Virus record (IMG/VR): IMGVR_UViG_3300031977_002889
DNA length: 64,000 nt
Direction: 5' to 3' (one strand)
Origin: a virus
Shown here: piece by piece, positions 18,534 through 27,145 of the stretch
Layout of the letters: each line of letters opens with the position of its first letter
Position numbering within the stretch: position 1 is the stretch's first letter
The notes under the pieces: model-generated
Told to the model about the DNA's origin: nothing
Database searches by the model: none
Seen by the model: only the letters and a program-made list of their open reading frames with translations
Translations under genes and position numbers: made by a program

Positions 18534-19479
18534 GAGGTGATACTCCCCAATCGTTTCTTCTATGAAAAGGAGGAGCAATATGTACACTTCCACCATGTTC
18601 CATATAAGTATTCGCATATTTTTCTGGATCCATAGTATACCAATGTTCAGGTGGCATTACTACTTTACCTTTTGATTCATTATGTAGTATTTCAATAAAA
18701 CGATTTGTTAAATCATATCGTTCTTTCCATGATCCAAAGAATGGTGTCTTTTTAAAATAACCAGTTTTAGGTAATTTACGACCTTCATATTCTACTGGAA
18801 CAGGTGCCGTAAACCAAACATCATCTCCAAGTTCATTACCTTGACGAACATATTCTTTTAAAGTTTCTTTTAAATCGAAATCAGAATGACGCAATATATG
18901 GTGCCTAATATCAATAGAACCGAGGCATATAGTAAGTCTATGTACGGATTCTTTGAAGTCTTCTCTGAGTCCTCTTCTAAGAGATCCATAAAGAGTTTTA
19001 CCATCAGTACGGTACACACGGTCACCAGCAGCGCTAAAAGCAATTGTATGAGAATCTCCATAGGTAATTCCATCTGATTTAATATTTCTTTGTGTTAAAA
19101 AAGGAATATATTTTATTCTTTCAGAAACCATATCACACCACTTTTCAGTGATGCCTTCATATGTAGTATTATTACCTATACGAACTTTTAACATAGCTCC
19201 ATAGTCTGGCATATCGCAATCAAGTGACGTGATATTGTTACACGCTAACAACGTGTTTATTTTATCAAATATTTCTTTTGTAGCTCCACCAAATAAATTA
19301 AGTGTCCCACCAAAATTCACGCCATGATCAACATAAACTTGATCGGCTTTTAGAATATTAGCAGAACACTTATGATCTATTGCGGCATTTAGTTGGTTTT
19401 GCCAAATTTGTGTCCATCCTAAAACATGTGACTTTTCAGTTTTAGGAATATTAGTGATAGGATTCGTTATGACTTTCAT
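18523..19479 (-). CDS. putative DNA-modification protein: T4 beta-glucosyltransferase-like N-terminus plus SGNH-like C-terminus
   Basis: GTLNLFGG resembles BGT SSINFFGG; YGDSH...GSIDIRHH...SVHI resembles SGNH blocks. Confidence 0.45.
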   Translation of the reverse strand: MKVITNPITNIPKTEKSHVLGWTQIWQNQLNAAIDHKCSANILKADQVYVDHGVNFGGTLNLFGGATKEIFDKINTLLACNNITSLDCDMPDYGAMLKVRIGNNTTYEGITEKWCDMVSERIKYIPFLTQRNIKSDGITYGDSHTIAFSAAGDRVYRTDGKTLYGSLRRGLREDFKESVHRLTICLGSIDIRHHILRHSDFDLKETLKEYVRQGNELGDDVWFTAPVPVEYEGRKLPKTGYFKKTPFFGSWKERYDLTNRFIEILHNESKGKVVMPPEHWYTMDPEKYANTYMEHGGSVHIAPPFHRRNDWGVSPLGV

Positions 19480-20446
19480 ATACTGACCTCAAGCTGAAAT
19501 CCTTTGGAAAGATCCATTCATATGGAATTCTTTTCGTAGGTGATTTTACTCCATGATTAATAGCAATATGCTTATAAAAGAAACATGTCTTATCTTCTAT
19601 GTTCAAGAGCTTTTGCTCTTTAATTGGATTCATAGGATGATTAGACAATATCTCCATTTGTTCTAGCCATATTCTACCATATTCGTTAGTAGAAGTAAAC
19701 AGTCCATTTTCATCTATTTCGTATTTTACTTTACTCATTAAATTTTTACCACCAAATATTTGGTGCATACCATCAAAGTGACCAGTACCTCCAAATAAAA
19801 CAGATTCTGGATCACATACATTAGGATATGCCATAGCAATATAACGAGCAAAGTTTTTACATGGATACATAGGATTTCTAAATCCTTGTTCCTTCGCAAA
19901 ATACTGTGCCATTTCTTTTGCAAGTTCCATCATAGTCCAAGGTCTATTTTTAGAACTTAAAATATGACCCATATCTTCAGCAGCTTGTTTTGGTCCAGTT
20001 AATAACCATTCACGAACGTTAGTGCCTTTAGGATAATAGATTTGAAATAAATCGTTTCGAGCATGTCTATGATGCTCAAATCGTTCTTTTAGTCCTTGTA
20101 CACCATGATTCATTAGAGTTGTAAGTGTTAACCAATGTTCATTAGTAAAACTAAAAACAAGAGTATACCACATACGATGAAAATCATCGGTTACATCTGA
20201 CATAATATCACAGAATGGATGTTCATGCCAGTGTAACCGATGTGAAAAGATTTGATAATCTTGTTTGAGTAGTGTATCTTGTCTTTGATCGAACTTACGA
20301 CAAAACTCAAAAAACTTTTCGAATCTTTGTTCTTGAGTCCAATCTTTCATCCAACTATCAACAGGTTTTCCTTTTTTATTAAGGTCTACTACTGTTGTAT
20401 TTTCATATAAGATATCATATTCATTAGGCGATAAGTTCATAATCAA
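19451..20446 (-). CDS. aGPT-PPlase superfamily protein, paralog 2
   Basis: FFEF...DTLL..YQIF; GTGHFDGMHQIFG...NIEDKTCFFYK. Confidence 0.6.
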   Translation of the reverse strand: MIMNLSPNEYDILYENTTVVDLNKKGKPVDSWMKDWTQEQRFEKFFEFCRKFDQRQDTLLKQDYQIFSHRLHWHEHPFCDIMSDVTDDFHRMWYTLVFSFTNEHWLTLTTLMNHGVQGLKERFEHHRHARNDLFQIYYPKGTNVREWLLTGPKQAAEDMGHILSSKNRPWTMMELAKEMAQYFAKEQGFRNPMYPCKNFARYIAMAYPNVCDPESVLFGGTGHFDGMHQIFGGKNLMSKVKYEIDENGLFTSTNEYGRIWLEQMEILSNHPMNPIKEQKLLNIEDKTCFFYKHIAINHGVKSPTKRIPYEWIFPKDFSLRSVYESHNESYH

Positions 20447-20457
20447 AGAGTTCTTTT

Positions 20458-20709
20458 TTAGTAACCACCATTATAAGTTTGTTCAGCTTGCAGATGAGCC
20501 ATATCAACTTCAAGTTTAGTAATTCGTTCTTTTAATTCAATTATTTCTTGTTTCTTTTCAAGTTCTTCTTGTGCTTTTAATTTAGCATCTTCTTCACGAC
20601 TTCGTCTCATCATATAATCGTAGTATGGTTCACGATAATACGTAGTATCCATGTATGTTTCATCATCTTCGTTATTCGTGACTTTTCTCAGTTTTTGCAA
20701 TAAGTTCAT
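20458..20709 (-). CDS. hypothetical coiled-coil protein
   Basis: GGAG RBS; coupled ORF. Confidence 0.5.
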   Translation of the reverse strand: MNLLQKLRKVTNNEDDETYMDTTYYREPYYDYMMRRSREEDAKLKAQEELEKKQEIIELKERITKLEVDMAHLQAEQTYNGGY

Positions 20710-21187
20710 ATTTAACTCCTGCTTCTTGAAATAATTGTTTTGTTAACGACCATGAGTCGCGCCACCGCTCATCTACATCAGCTCGCATCACGACTCTTTT
20801 TACTCCAACTTGAATTACACCTAAGGCACAATTCGAACAAGTTGGTAAACCAGTTACATATATGGTTGATCCATCTAATGAAACACCATTGAAACCAGCA
20901 TTATAGATGCAGTTCATTTCAGCATGAACCACCAATTTGTATTTTTTTTCTCTATCTGTATACCTCTCATTTGAATCTATAATATTACGCGGAAATCCAT
21001 TATAACCTTGAGCTAATACTTGGCCTTTATTACCAATAGCAACAGCTCCAATTTGCCGCGATGGATCTTTAGACCATGTAGCAATATGCTCAGCAAGATC
21101 TAAATATCGATAATCCCATTTACTTAACAAGGTGAAAATGCCTTTCATAAACATGTAGATTTTGAACTTGCCAAACAATATGACCAA
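20672..21187 (-). CDS. cd: dCMP deaminase
   Basis: WSKDPS, GYNGFPR, HAEMN, TCSNC zinc motif; true start probably about 21130. Confidence 0.93.
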   Translation of the reverse strand: MVILFGKFKIYMFMKGIFTLLSKWDYRYLDLAEHIATWSKDPSRQIGAVAIGNKGQVLAQGYNGFPRNIIDSNERYTDREKKYKLVVHAEMNCIYNAGFNGVSLDGSTIYVTGLPTCSNCALGVIQVGVKRVVMRADVDERWRDSWSLTKQLFQEAGVKYELIAKTEKSHE

Positions 21188-21815
21188 GCTCTATTTTATC
21201 TCCGCCATCATACATGTTTAATCCATTATAATCCATGATCAAACGATTCATCACTGCAAGTTGCCAAGCATAATCATTTTTATAACCATACACGACATCA
21301 TTACTCCGCATTTGAACTACAGAGTGTAAAAGATTATCTCGTATGTAATAAGAAACGGCATTGGTACAGATGAAATCGTTTTTACCATTTTCGTTATATT
21401 CCAACCAAATAGATGGACGATTATAGATCATAGTAGCTCTACGACCGTCAGGATTTAACATTAATTCATCGAGTACATTTCCGTACTGGTTATAATATAT
21501 ATCATCAAAAATCAGTTTTCCGTAATTAGAATTGATTTCTCCATGAGTATTTGCCGCATATTTCCAAGCAGCAGGAGCATCAGCGCCAGACTCTTTGTTA
21601 ATATCATAGATATTTGTTGATTGTGAATCATACCACGCAAGTTCTTTTGCGATATATTCATCGTTAGGCGTACCAAAAATAGATGGTTCATCTGCTATAA
21701 ACTGAGCACCAATTAATTCAATTGTTTTTTGACCAGTTTTATCAGTTGTGAATGCTTTATCGCTTAATTCGCCAATAAAATATTCACGGATATCATGTAC
21801 ACTATTTATTTTCAT
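21120..21815 (-). CDS. gp42: dCMP hydroxymethylase (T4 gp42-like thymidylate synthase superfamily)
   Basis: INSNYG, DFICTN, MRSNDVVYGYKNDYAWQ (Asp at the base-specificity position), LHVYERHF. Confidence 0.88.
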   Translation of the reverse strand: MKINSVHDIREYFIGELSDKAFTTDKTGQKTIELIGAQFIADEPSIFGTPNDEYIAKELAWYDSQSTNIYDINKESGADAPAAWKYAANTHGEINSNYGKLIFDDIYYNQYGNVLDELMLNPDGRRATMIYNRPSIWLEYNENGKNDFICTNAVSYYIRDNLLHSVVQMRSNDVVYGYKNDYAWQLAVMNRLIMDYNGLNMYDGGDKIELGHIVWQVQNLHVYERHFHLVK

Positions 21816-21821
21816 GGTTAT

Positions 21822-21851
21822 ATTCTATCACATATCTTTCTTAAAGTAAAC
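21822..21851 (-). promoter_or_regulatory. T4-like early promoter for the gp42/modification operon
   Basis: GTTTAC...TGATAGAAT a few nt upstream of the ATG (possibly leaderless). Confidence 0.7.
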
Positions 21852-22649
21852 AATATTTTGTTCTTTTTCTCGTTCATCTCGTTCATATTGTGCTCTATAC
21901 TTATTGTTTGCCTTAATAACTTCTTCAATGATTGAAAGAACTCCAAGACCTGCGGTTTCAACAATTGCTTTTGTATCTTTTGGAAAACACGCTCCACCAA
22001 AACCTCTTTTATTGTCAAATCCTGGAACTTTAGTATGACCATGACCAATTCGCTTATCAGATCCAACTGCATTGAATACTACAGAAGGATTGGCATCGTA
22101 TTGTGCACAAAGATCGTACATTTGATTGAAAAATGTTACTTTAGTTGCTAAGAAAGAATTAATAGTATATTTAACTAAAGAAGCTTCAATCATAGTCATA
22201 GTAAAAAACGATGCAGGATTACATAAACTATAACCTACATATAAATCTATAACATCATCTACAGCTTCAACTGGTCCACCTAAAATATGGAATTGTGGAT
22301 TAATAAATTGTTCTGCTGCTGATTTTTCAGTAAGAAATTCTGGATTATACACCACATCTGGATGCATCATCTCTTCGATAATATGTGGTGGAACAGTAGA
22401 TTTTAGAATAATTTTTGCTGGAAAATCATTTGAGAGTAATTCTTCCATGACTTCTCGAACGATACTAAAATCATCCATTGGTGTTGGAACACAAACGAAA
22501 ATATAATCTGTATCATCGTCAATGTCCATAATTTCAGTGCCAAGTTTTGGATCGATATGTTGTTGAATCACATGAGGATGATTAAATCCATACGCAACTG
22601 CACCACCAACAAAACCTAATCCAACGATAGCTATTTTTTGTTCGTGCAT
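21828..22649 (-). CDS. ugd: UDP-glucose/GDP-mannose 6-dehydrogenase family
   Basis: GLGFVG, CVPTP, KSTV, NPEFL, FGGACFPKD; lacks the C-terminal UDP-binding domain. Confidence 0.85.
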   Translation of the reverse strand: MHEQKIAIVGLGFVGGAVAYGFNHPHVIQQHIDPKLGTEIMDIDDDTDYIFVCVPTPMDDFSIVREVMEELLSNDFPAKIILKSTVPPHIIEEMMHPDVVYNPEFLTEKSAAEQFINPQFHILGGPVEAVDDVIDLYVGYSLCNPASFFTMTMIEASLVKYTINSFLATKVTFFNQMYDLCAQYDANPSVVFNAVGSDKRIGHGHTKVPGFDNKRGFGGACFPKDTKAIVETAGLGVLSIIEEVIKANNKYRAQYERDEREKEQNIVYFKKDM

Positions 22650-23065
22650 TCCGAAACTCTCATCCTTAAATCGCTTGTCGAAAAGCGATGATCTCTCTTG
22701 TTGAAGTAAAGTTGTATTCCCCTTTTCCTGCATTCGTCTTTTCCTGTGAATTCTTTATCCCGATATTCTTCACCGAGTATTCGAATATCAATAGGATACA
22801 TGTTGAGAATGTCGAGTAAATCATTTTCAGTCGTATATACGACTACTTCATCGACATATTTAATTGCTGCTAATTGTGCCTGCCTCTCAACAACAGTTTG
22901 TACAGGTGTATTTTTTAATCTACGATCAATTGAAGGATCCACCTGTAATCCAACAATAAGATAATCGCAAACCGATTTTGCTTCACGTAACATTGCGACG
23001 TGGCCAGCATGTAATAAATCAAATGTACTACAAGTAAAACCTATAGTGACTTTAGAGTATTCCAT
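22631..23065 (-). CDS. cytidylyltransferase (TagD/RfaE-like)
   Basis: FDLLHAGH, YVDEV, FSTSDLR. Confidence 0.88.
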   Translation of the reverse strand: MEYSKVTIGFTCSTFDLLHAGHVAMLREAKSVCDYLIVGLQVDPSIDRRLKNTPVQTVVERQAQLAAIKYVDEVVVYTTENDLLDILNMYPIDIRILGEEYRDKEFTGKDECRKRGIQLYFNKRDHRFSTSDLRMRVSECTNKK

Positions 23066-23772
23066 GTATGTTTCCAATCCATAACTGTAAATGATTTGCC
23101 GCATGGCATTTCATTCACTGCATCATAAATTTCAGCGTCATTACCACCAAATTGTGTTTTATCGCCAAAGAAATATATATTATCGTAATGTTCGAAGTCT
23201 TTTAGGATCTGAGCTTTGTTACAACCTAATGGTGTAATATCAATTCCAGTTTCACCAGCCACTTTAAATTCAATATCTTTAAAATGTTCTCTAAGCCTAT
23301 GCGCAATCTTATCTCTATCTTGATTTAATCTATCATATTCAACATACATCTTACGTTCACCAAGAGTACAATTACGACCGACTATACTAAAATTAAGCAA
23401 ACCTACTCGTTGTTCAATATGATTACCAGTTCGAAGTGGAAATTTATTTTCTCTTAATTCAAATTCCAAAATACGAATAAGGTGATCAGATGCTTTCCAA
23501 TCACTATCACTTATACAAATATTTTTTCTAAAAACTTGAGCACCAGAACATTGGTAAACACGTTTACACAATTCGTAAATATATTCACCAACTTGTTCAA
23601 CGGTTTTTGGTTTATCACTGCCAGTTACAAGATAGACTTCGTTCTTTTCGGCGAACTTAGAAAACCATACAGCGAATTTTTTATCCATACGTCCACGGCT
23701 TGGAGTTAACGTGCCGTCTACGTCAAAGATATATTTACTCTTCTGCTTGCGATTTACGTGTGGTATTGACAT
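23041..23772 (-). CDS. HAD IIB phosphomannomutase-like enzyme
   Basis: FDVDGTLT, VTGSD, NFSIVGR, FFGDK...GGND. Confidence 0.88.
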   Translation of the reverse strand: MSIPHVNRKQKSKYIFDVDGTLTPSRGRMDKKFAVWFSKFAEKNEVYLVTGSDKPKTVEQVGEYIYELCKRVYQCSGAQVFRKNICISDSDWKASDHLIRILEFELRENKFPLRTGNHIEQRVGLLNFSIVGRNCTLGERKMYVEYDRLNQDRDKIAHRLREHFKDIEFKVAGETGIDITPLGCNKAQILKDFEHYDNIYFFGDKTQFGGNDAEIYDAVNEMPCGKSFTVMDWKHTWNTLKSL

Positions 23773-24100
23773 TAATTGGCCTATTCAAAAAATCACGACC
23801 TGGTTCTTGACCATCCATACCACCTTGCATATAGGCTGCAAAGAAGGATGCATAGTTAATCATATCTATACACGAATCTTCGAGCGATTCAAAATTCGGT
23901 GCGTAATCGGGATCACTTTCCATTGCTTCAAGTACTGACTGCATACGTAAAATCTTGGCATGCATGATATCAAGAATGGTTGCGCAACCACGTGGATAAT
24001 ACATGGCTTGACGAATACGTGAATTTGGATTTTGGTAATCGTTACCTTTTTTATTCTGAATTTCAGCTGCTTTTTGCAGGATCTTTAAGCTTTCTTTCAT
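23735..24100 (-). CDS. nucleotide-modification-associated (Nmad1/DUF1599-like) helical protein
   Basis: KKGNDY...K..R...EDSCIDMINYASF. Confidence 0.65.
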   Translation of the reverse strand: MKESLKILQKAAEIQNKKGNDYQNPNSRIRQAMYYPRGCATILDIMHAKILRMQSVLEAMESDPDYAPNFESLEDSCIDMINYASFFAAYMQGGMDGQEPGRDFLNRPINVNTTRKSQAEE

Positions 24101-24369
24101 TAACAAACTTCCCAACCTAAGTTATCTGCAACCCAATCGTTGCCTTTATCTTTTGCAAGAGCACATACTATTTGTTCACGAGGCTCTGTATCCATATCAT
24201 TAATTGTATTAACGGCATTTTCTATATTGCCAAGAGAAATTTGAACGTCAACAAATTGAAACGCTTTTAGATCATCAAGATAAAGATCTTTCAAATCTTT
24301 GTCTTCAATTGAGTAGCTAAATGTTTGATCGATAAGAGTTTTAACGGCGTTCATAGTATTCTCCTTCAT
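24100..24369 (-). CDS. hypothetical early protein
   Basis: AAGGAG RBS before MNAVK; MDTEPRE motif. Confidence 0.6.
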   Translation of the reverse strand: MKENTMNAVKTLIDQTFSYSIEDKDLKDLYLDDLKAFQFVDVQISLGNIENAVNTINDMDTEPREQIVCALAKDKGNDWVADNLGWEVC

Positions 24370-24450
24370 TTGATATATCTATCCTACCATAACCAGAATA
24401 CATTGTACATGTTTTTGTTTCATTTAAAATCAATAACTTATCATTTTTTT
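24358..24450 (-). promoter_or_regulatory. early promoter cassette copy 2 (IHF-like site, TGTACA-17-TAGGAT, shared leader/RBS)
   Basis: AATCAATAACTTA at 24428-24440; -35 at 24404-24409; -10 at 24381-24386. Confidence 0.7.
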
Positions 24451-24939
24451 TGGTCTGTAATAATAACCATCATACTGGCTTTTTTGCATTTTAAGCAAAA
24501 CCGTATTAGCTTCTTCATAAGCAAAGAACGCATGTGGTACAACTTGACCAACTTCAAACTGCTCTTTAGTATCGATAGTAGTGTAAAATAAAAAATGAGT
24601 AAGTTCTCCTTGAGAAACTCGAGATTTCATCATATCTAATTTTTGCTCTGCAGTTTTACCATCACGTGACTTGCTTCGCGTTATATTATAGTTAATACTT
24701 TCTAGTCTTTTAGCATCAATAAAATGATCAAGAATTCTAAAATCATGTTTATAATTATTTGGCATTTTTACTAAAGGTTTGTCAGCACCATAAAGTAACC
24801 ACCATTCAAGTAAAAGATAATCACAATGCTTTCTATTTACAAATCCTCCTTCGTCATGTAGTTGATCAGCATAATTACAGAAGTCTTGAGTAACTACAAT
24901 GTCACGAGTTACTAAATTAGAAAGTTGATTAATCATCAT
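24430..24939 (-). CDS. hypothetical, possible PD-(D/E)xK nuclease
   Basis: E...HDFRILDHFIDAKR. Confidence 0.4.
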   Translation of the reverse strand: MMINQLSNLVTRDIVVTQDFCNYADQLHDEGGFVNRKHCDYLLLEWWLLYGADKPLVKMPNNYKHDFRILDHFIDAKRLESINYNITRSKSRDGKTAEQKLDMMKSRVSQGELTHFLFYTTIDTKEQFEVGQVVPHAFFAYEEANTVLLKMQKSQYDGYYYRPKKMISY

Positions 24940-25645
24940 TACCTCCAGAAAATGGCCATTTTGGCCTTTTCAGAACATGTTTATCAGACTGCCATAATCT
25001 TCGAAGAGCTGCTTTTTTTAAATCAGCAGATTCTATATGAGTTATAGGATTTGAAAAAGTCATTACTGATAATACAGAACCAGCTTTAAAATGATATTTA
25101 CCAGGAGAAAAAAATGCTATCGTATTTAATGGCATAGCTTTACATTCAACTAAACCCGGTGACACTTTATATGGTACATCATTCCAATAAAGCGGATCTA
25201 TAAATTGAACTAAAGTATTTTTTACATTGATATGACAATCAAATTCAAATTTTATTGCAACGTAATTTCCTGGCATTCCTTGAAGTTGACCAGATCCATG
25301 GTGAGTTATACTTTTTAAAACTGTATATCTGCTTTTTGTTTGGTATTTGTAATCTAGATTTTCATCTATCTCAAGTAAAATATCACATGGAAATTTAATA
25401 GCAACTGAATGTTTAAATAGTGTATTAAATCCTGGACAAGACTTCGAAGTTTTTACAGACTCAGGAATAAAGTGCATCAAATCATTCCAATATTTTCTTA
25501 TATAATCAGGAACAGATTTGGCCTCATTATGTGTAATAACGGGTTGAGTTGTAAACCATTTCGGTTTTTCTAAAGAAAGAAATTCTCCCTCTATACTATG
25601 ACCAACGTGAGTCATATCACCTATACAATATTCTAATTTAGACAT
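24929..25645 (-). CDS. hypothetical protein (KxCPG family, beta-rich)
   Basis: TSKSCPGF...FPCD...H..GQ...PG pattern. Confidence 0.5.
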   Translation of the reverse strand: MSKLEYCIGDMTHVGHSIEGEFLSLEKPKWFTTQPVITHNEAKSVPDYIRKYWNDLMHFIPESVKTSKSCPGFNTLFKHSVAIKFPCDILLEIDENLDYKYQTKSRYTVLKSITHHGSGQLQGMPGNYVAIKFEFDCHINVKNTLVQFIDPLYWNDVPYKVSPGLVECKAMPLNTIAFFSPGKYHFKAGSVLSVMTFSNPITHIESADLKKAALRRLWQSDKHVLKRPKWPFSGGNDD

Positions 25646-26564
25646 TTTTATACACATACTCCAAAGCTCTATCTGCTTCTTTTTCCATTGGTCGATTTTC
25701 ATACCAATTACCAGTTTCGATATCAAGTTCTCTACACATTGCAGTGATTTCTTGACATGTAATTGGATAATTATTCTTCACAGCATTACCAGCAATGGCA
25801 ACCATAATTTGGTACATCTTATGATACCAACCAGTATTATTAATTAAACGATATTCGGATTCCAAATTTTTAGGAAAGAATGGACAGTCACGATATGATG
25901 ACCAATTAAAATTAGTATTATCAAGTTTGGCTTTACGATGCTCTACAATTTGTGCTTGAATTTCTTCTGGTAATCTATCAAAGAAATTATTGCCGCTTTT
26001 AATTGGAGCTGGATGTTTAGCCATTAAAACATCAGGATCTATAGCCATACCAGTATGATCAAAAATAAAGTTGAAAGCAGACTTGTACGTGCCAGGGATA
26101 TAATACATTCGTGAATAATCTTTAGTCTGTTTATCTCCAATCGAACCGAGTTCGGTATTGAGGGCGTACCAGAAAGCTCGGATGTTATCTGCTTTAACTC
26201 TTTTCGTAAGTGGGAACACAAGCCTAAACTTAGGATAATCTTCTCGACTGCTAGCAGTACTATAGCAAATAAAGCTGAACTTATTATATAAGGCAACCAA
26301 CTCATTTTGTAGATCTCCTTCAAACTTGTGGTCATCAACATCAACAGCACACCAACCACCCCAATCAACTACATTGGCATTAGCTCGAGTTGTATTGGGG
26401 TGGTAAGTGGCAGGAGATATTAGTTGTGCTTCTTCTTTAGATTCACGAGGCACTTTAGCGAGATCGTATAACAAATGTTTGAACTGGTCAAAATTGTCCA
26501 AGTCCATACGACGATGTGTCTTATTGTCAAATACGCTTTTAAACAGCGTTAGAGAGATCTCCAT
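25638..26564 (-). CDS. non-DnaG (AEP/primpol-like) DNA primase
   Basis: AVDVDD, YSTASS, KFRLVFPL, D...SRMYYIP; helical C-terminal domain. Confidence 0.7.
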   Translation of the reverse strand: MEISLTLFKSVFDNKTHRRMDLDNFDQFKHLLYDLAKVPRESKEEAQLISPATYHPNTTRANANVVDWGGWCAVDVDDHKFEGDLQNELVALYNKFSFICYSTASSREDYPKFRLVFPLTKRVKADNIRAFWYALNTELGSIGDKQTKDYSRMYYIPGTYKSAFNFIFDHTGMAIDPDVLMAKHPAPIKSGNNFFDRLPEEIQAQIVEHRKAKLDNTNFNWSSYRDCPFFPKNLESEYRLINNTGWYHKMYQIMVAIAGNAVKNNYPITCQEITAMCRELDIETGNWYENRPMEKEADRALEYVYKNV

Positions 26565-26952
26565 GATTATCCTCGTGATTAGGACCTTTCCACCCACCGG
26601 GTTTCAATAGATCAGGTAAACCAAATCGATTTGGCCGACCAGGTTTTATACCAGCCTTTTTATCCATATTGGCACGATAAATTTCATCCCACGCTTTATG
26701 AGCATCTACTCCAAAAACGTCTAATGTACCAATAGCGAAAACACATAGATCAATTAAACCATCTACGATTTCTTCTTCATCGCCATTATTAATAGCTCCA
26801 AGAGTTTCGTGTAACTCTTCATTAATCATTAACATACGAAACATAAGATACTTACGCATAAGATCTTTGTTGTCTTTGTTATTTTCAAACCAATCATGTA
26901 CACCATATTTCTGGTGCATTTCATTGATATCTTTTACCCAATTTTCACTCAT
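26539..26952 (-). CDS. MazG-like all-alpha dNTP pyrophosphatase (dCTPase/dUTPase analogue)
   Basis: EELHE...EEIVDGLIDL, ANMDK, DLLKP..W. Confidence 0.8.
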   Translation of the reverse strand: MSENWVKDINEMHQKYGVHDWFENNKDNKDLMRKYLMFRMLMINEELHETLGAINNGDEEEIVDGLIDLCVFAIGTLDVFGVDAHKAWDEIYRANMDKKAGIKPGRPNRFGLPDLLKPGGWKGPNHEDNHGDLSNAV

Positions 26953-26953
26953 A

Positions 26954-27106
26954 TTAAAATACCTGTACTGCGAACGAGATGATCGAGAAAAAGAACAAAA
27001 TTGCGATGTAGATAGTAAGACCAAGAATGACTAATTTACCATTGTCTAAATCTGCGGCTGTACCTTCACCGTATTTGTCTTTAAATGCTTTCAATGTTTT
27101 GTTCAT
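26954..27106 (-). CDS. 50-aa membrane protein (not in ORF track)
   Basis: MNKTLKAFKDKYGEGTAADLDNGKLVILGLTIYIAILFFFSIISFAVQVF, directly after a promoter. Confidence 0.55.
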   Translation of the reverse strand: MNKTLKAFKDKYGEGTAADLDNGKLVILGLTIYIAILFFFSIISFAVQVF

Positions 27107-27112
27107 GATCCT

Positions 27113-27141
27113 ATTATACTCCATTTTTCATTGTTTGTACA
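27113..27141 (-). promoter_or_regulatory. early promoter
   Basis: TGTACA-17-TATAAT. Confidence 0.65.
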
Positions 27142-27145
27142 TACT

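Noticed and set aside
21120-21815. Ordinary thymidylate synthase (thyA) or dUMP hydroxymethylase
   Set aside because: Motifs match T4 gp42 with Asp at the specificity site, and thyX is present separately
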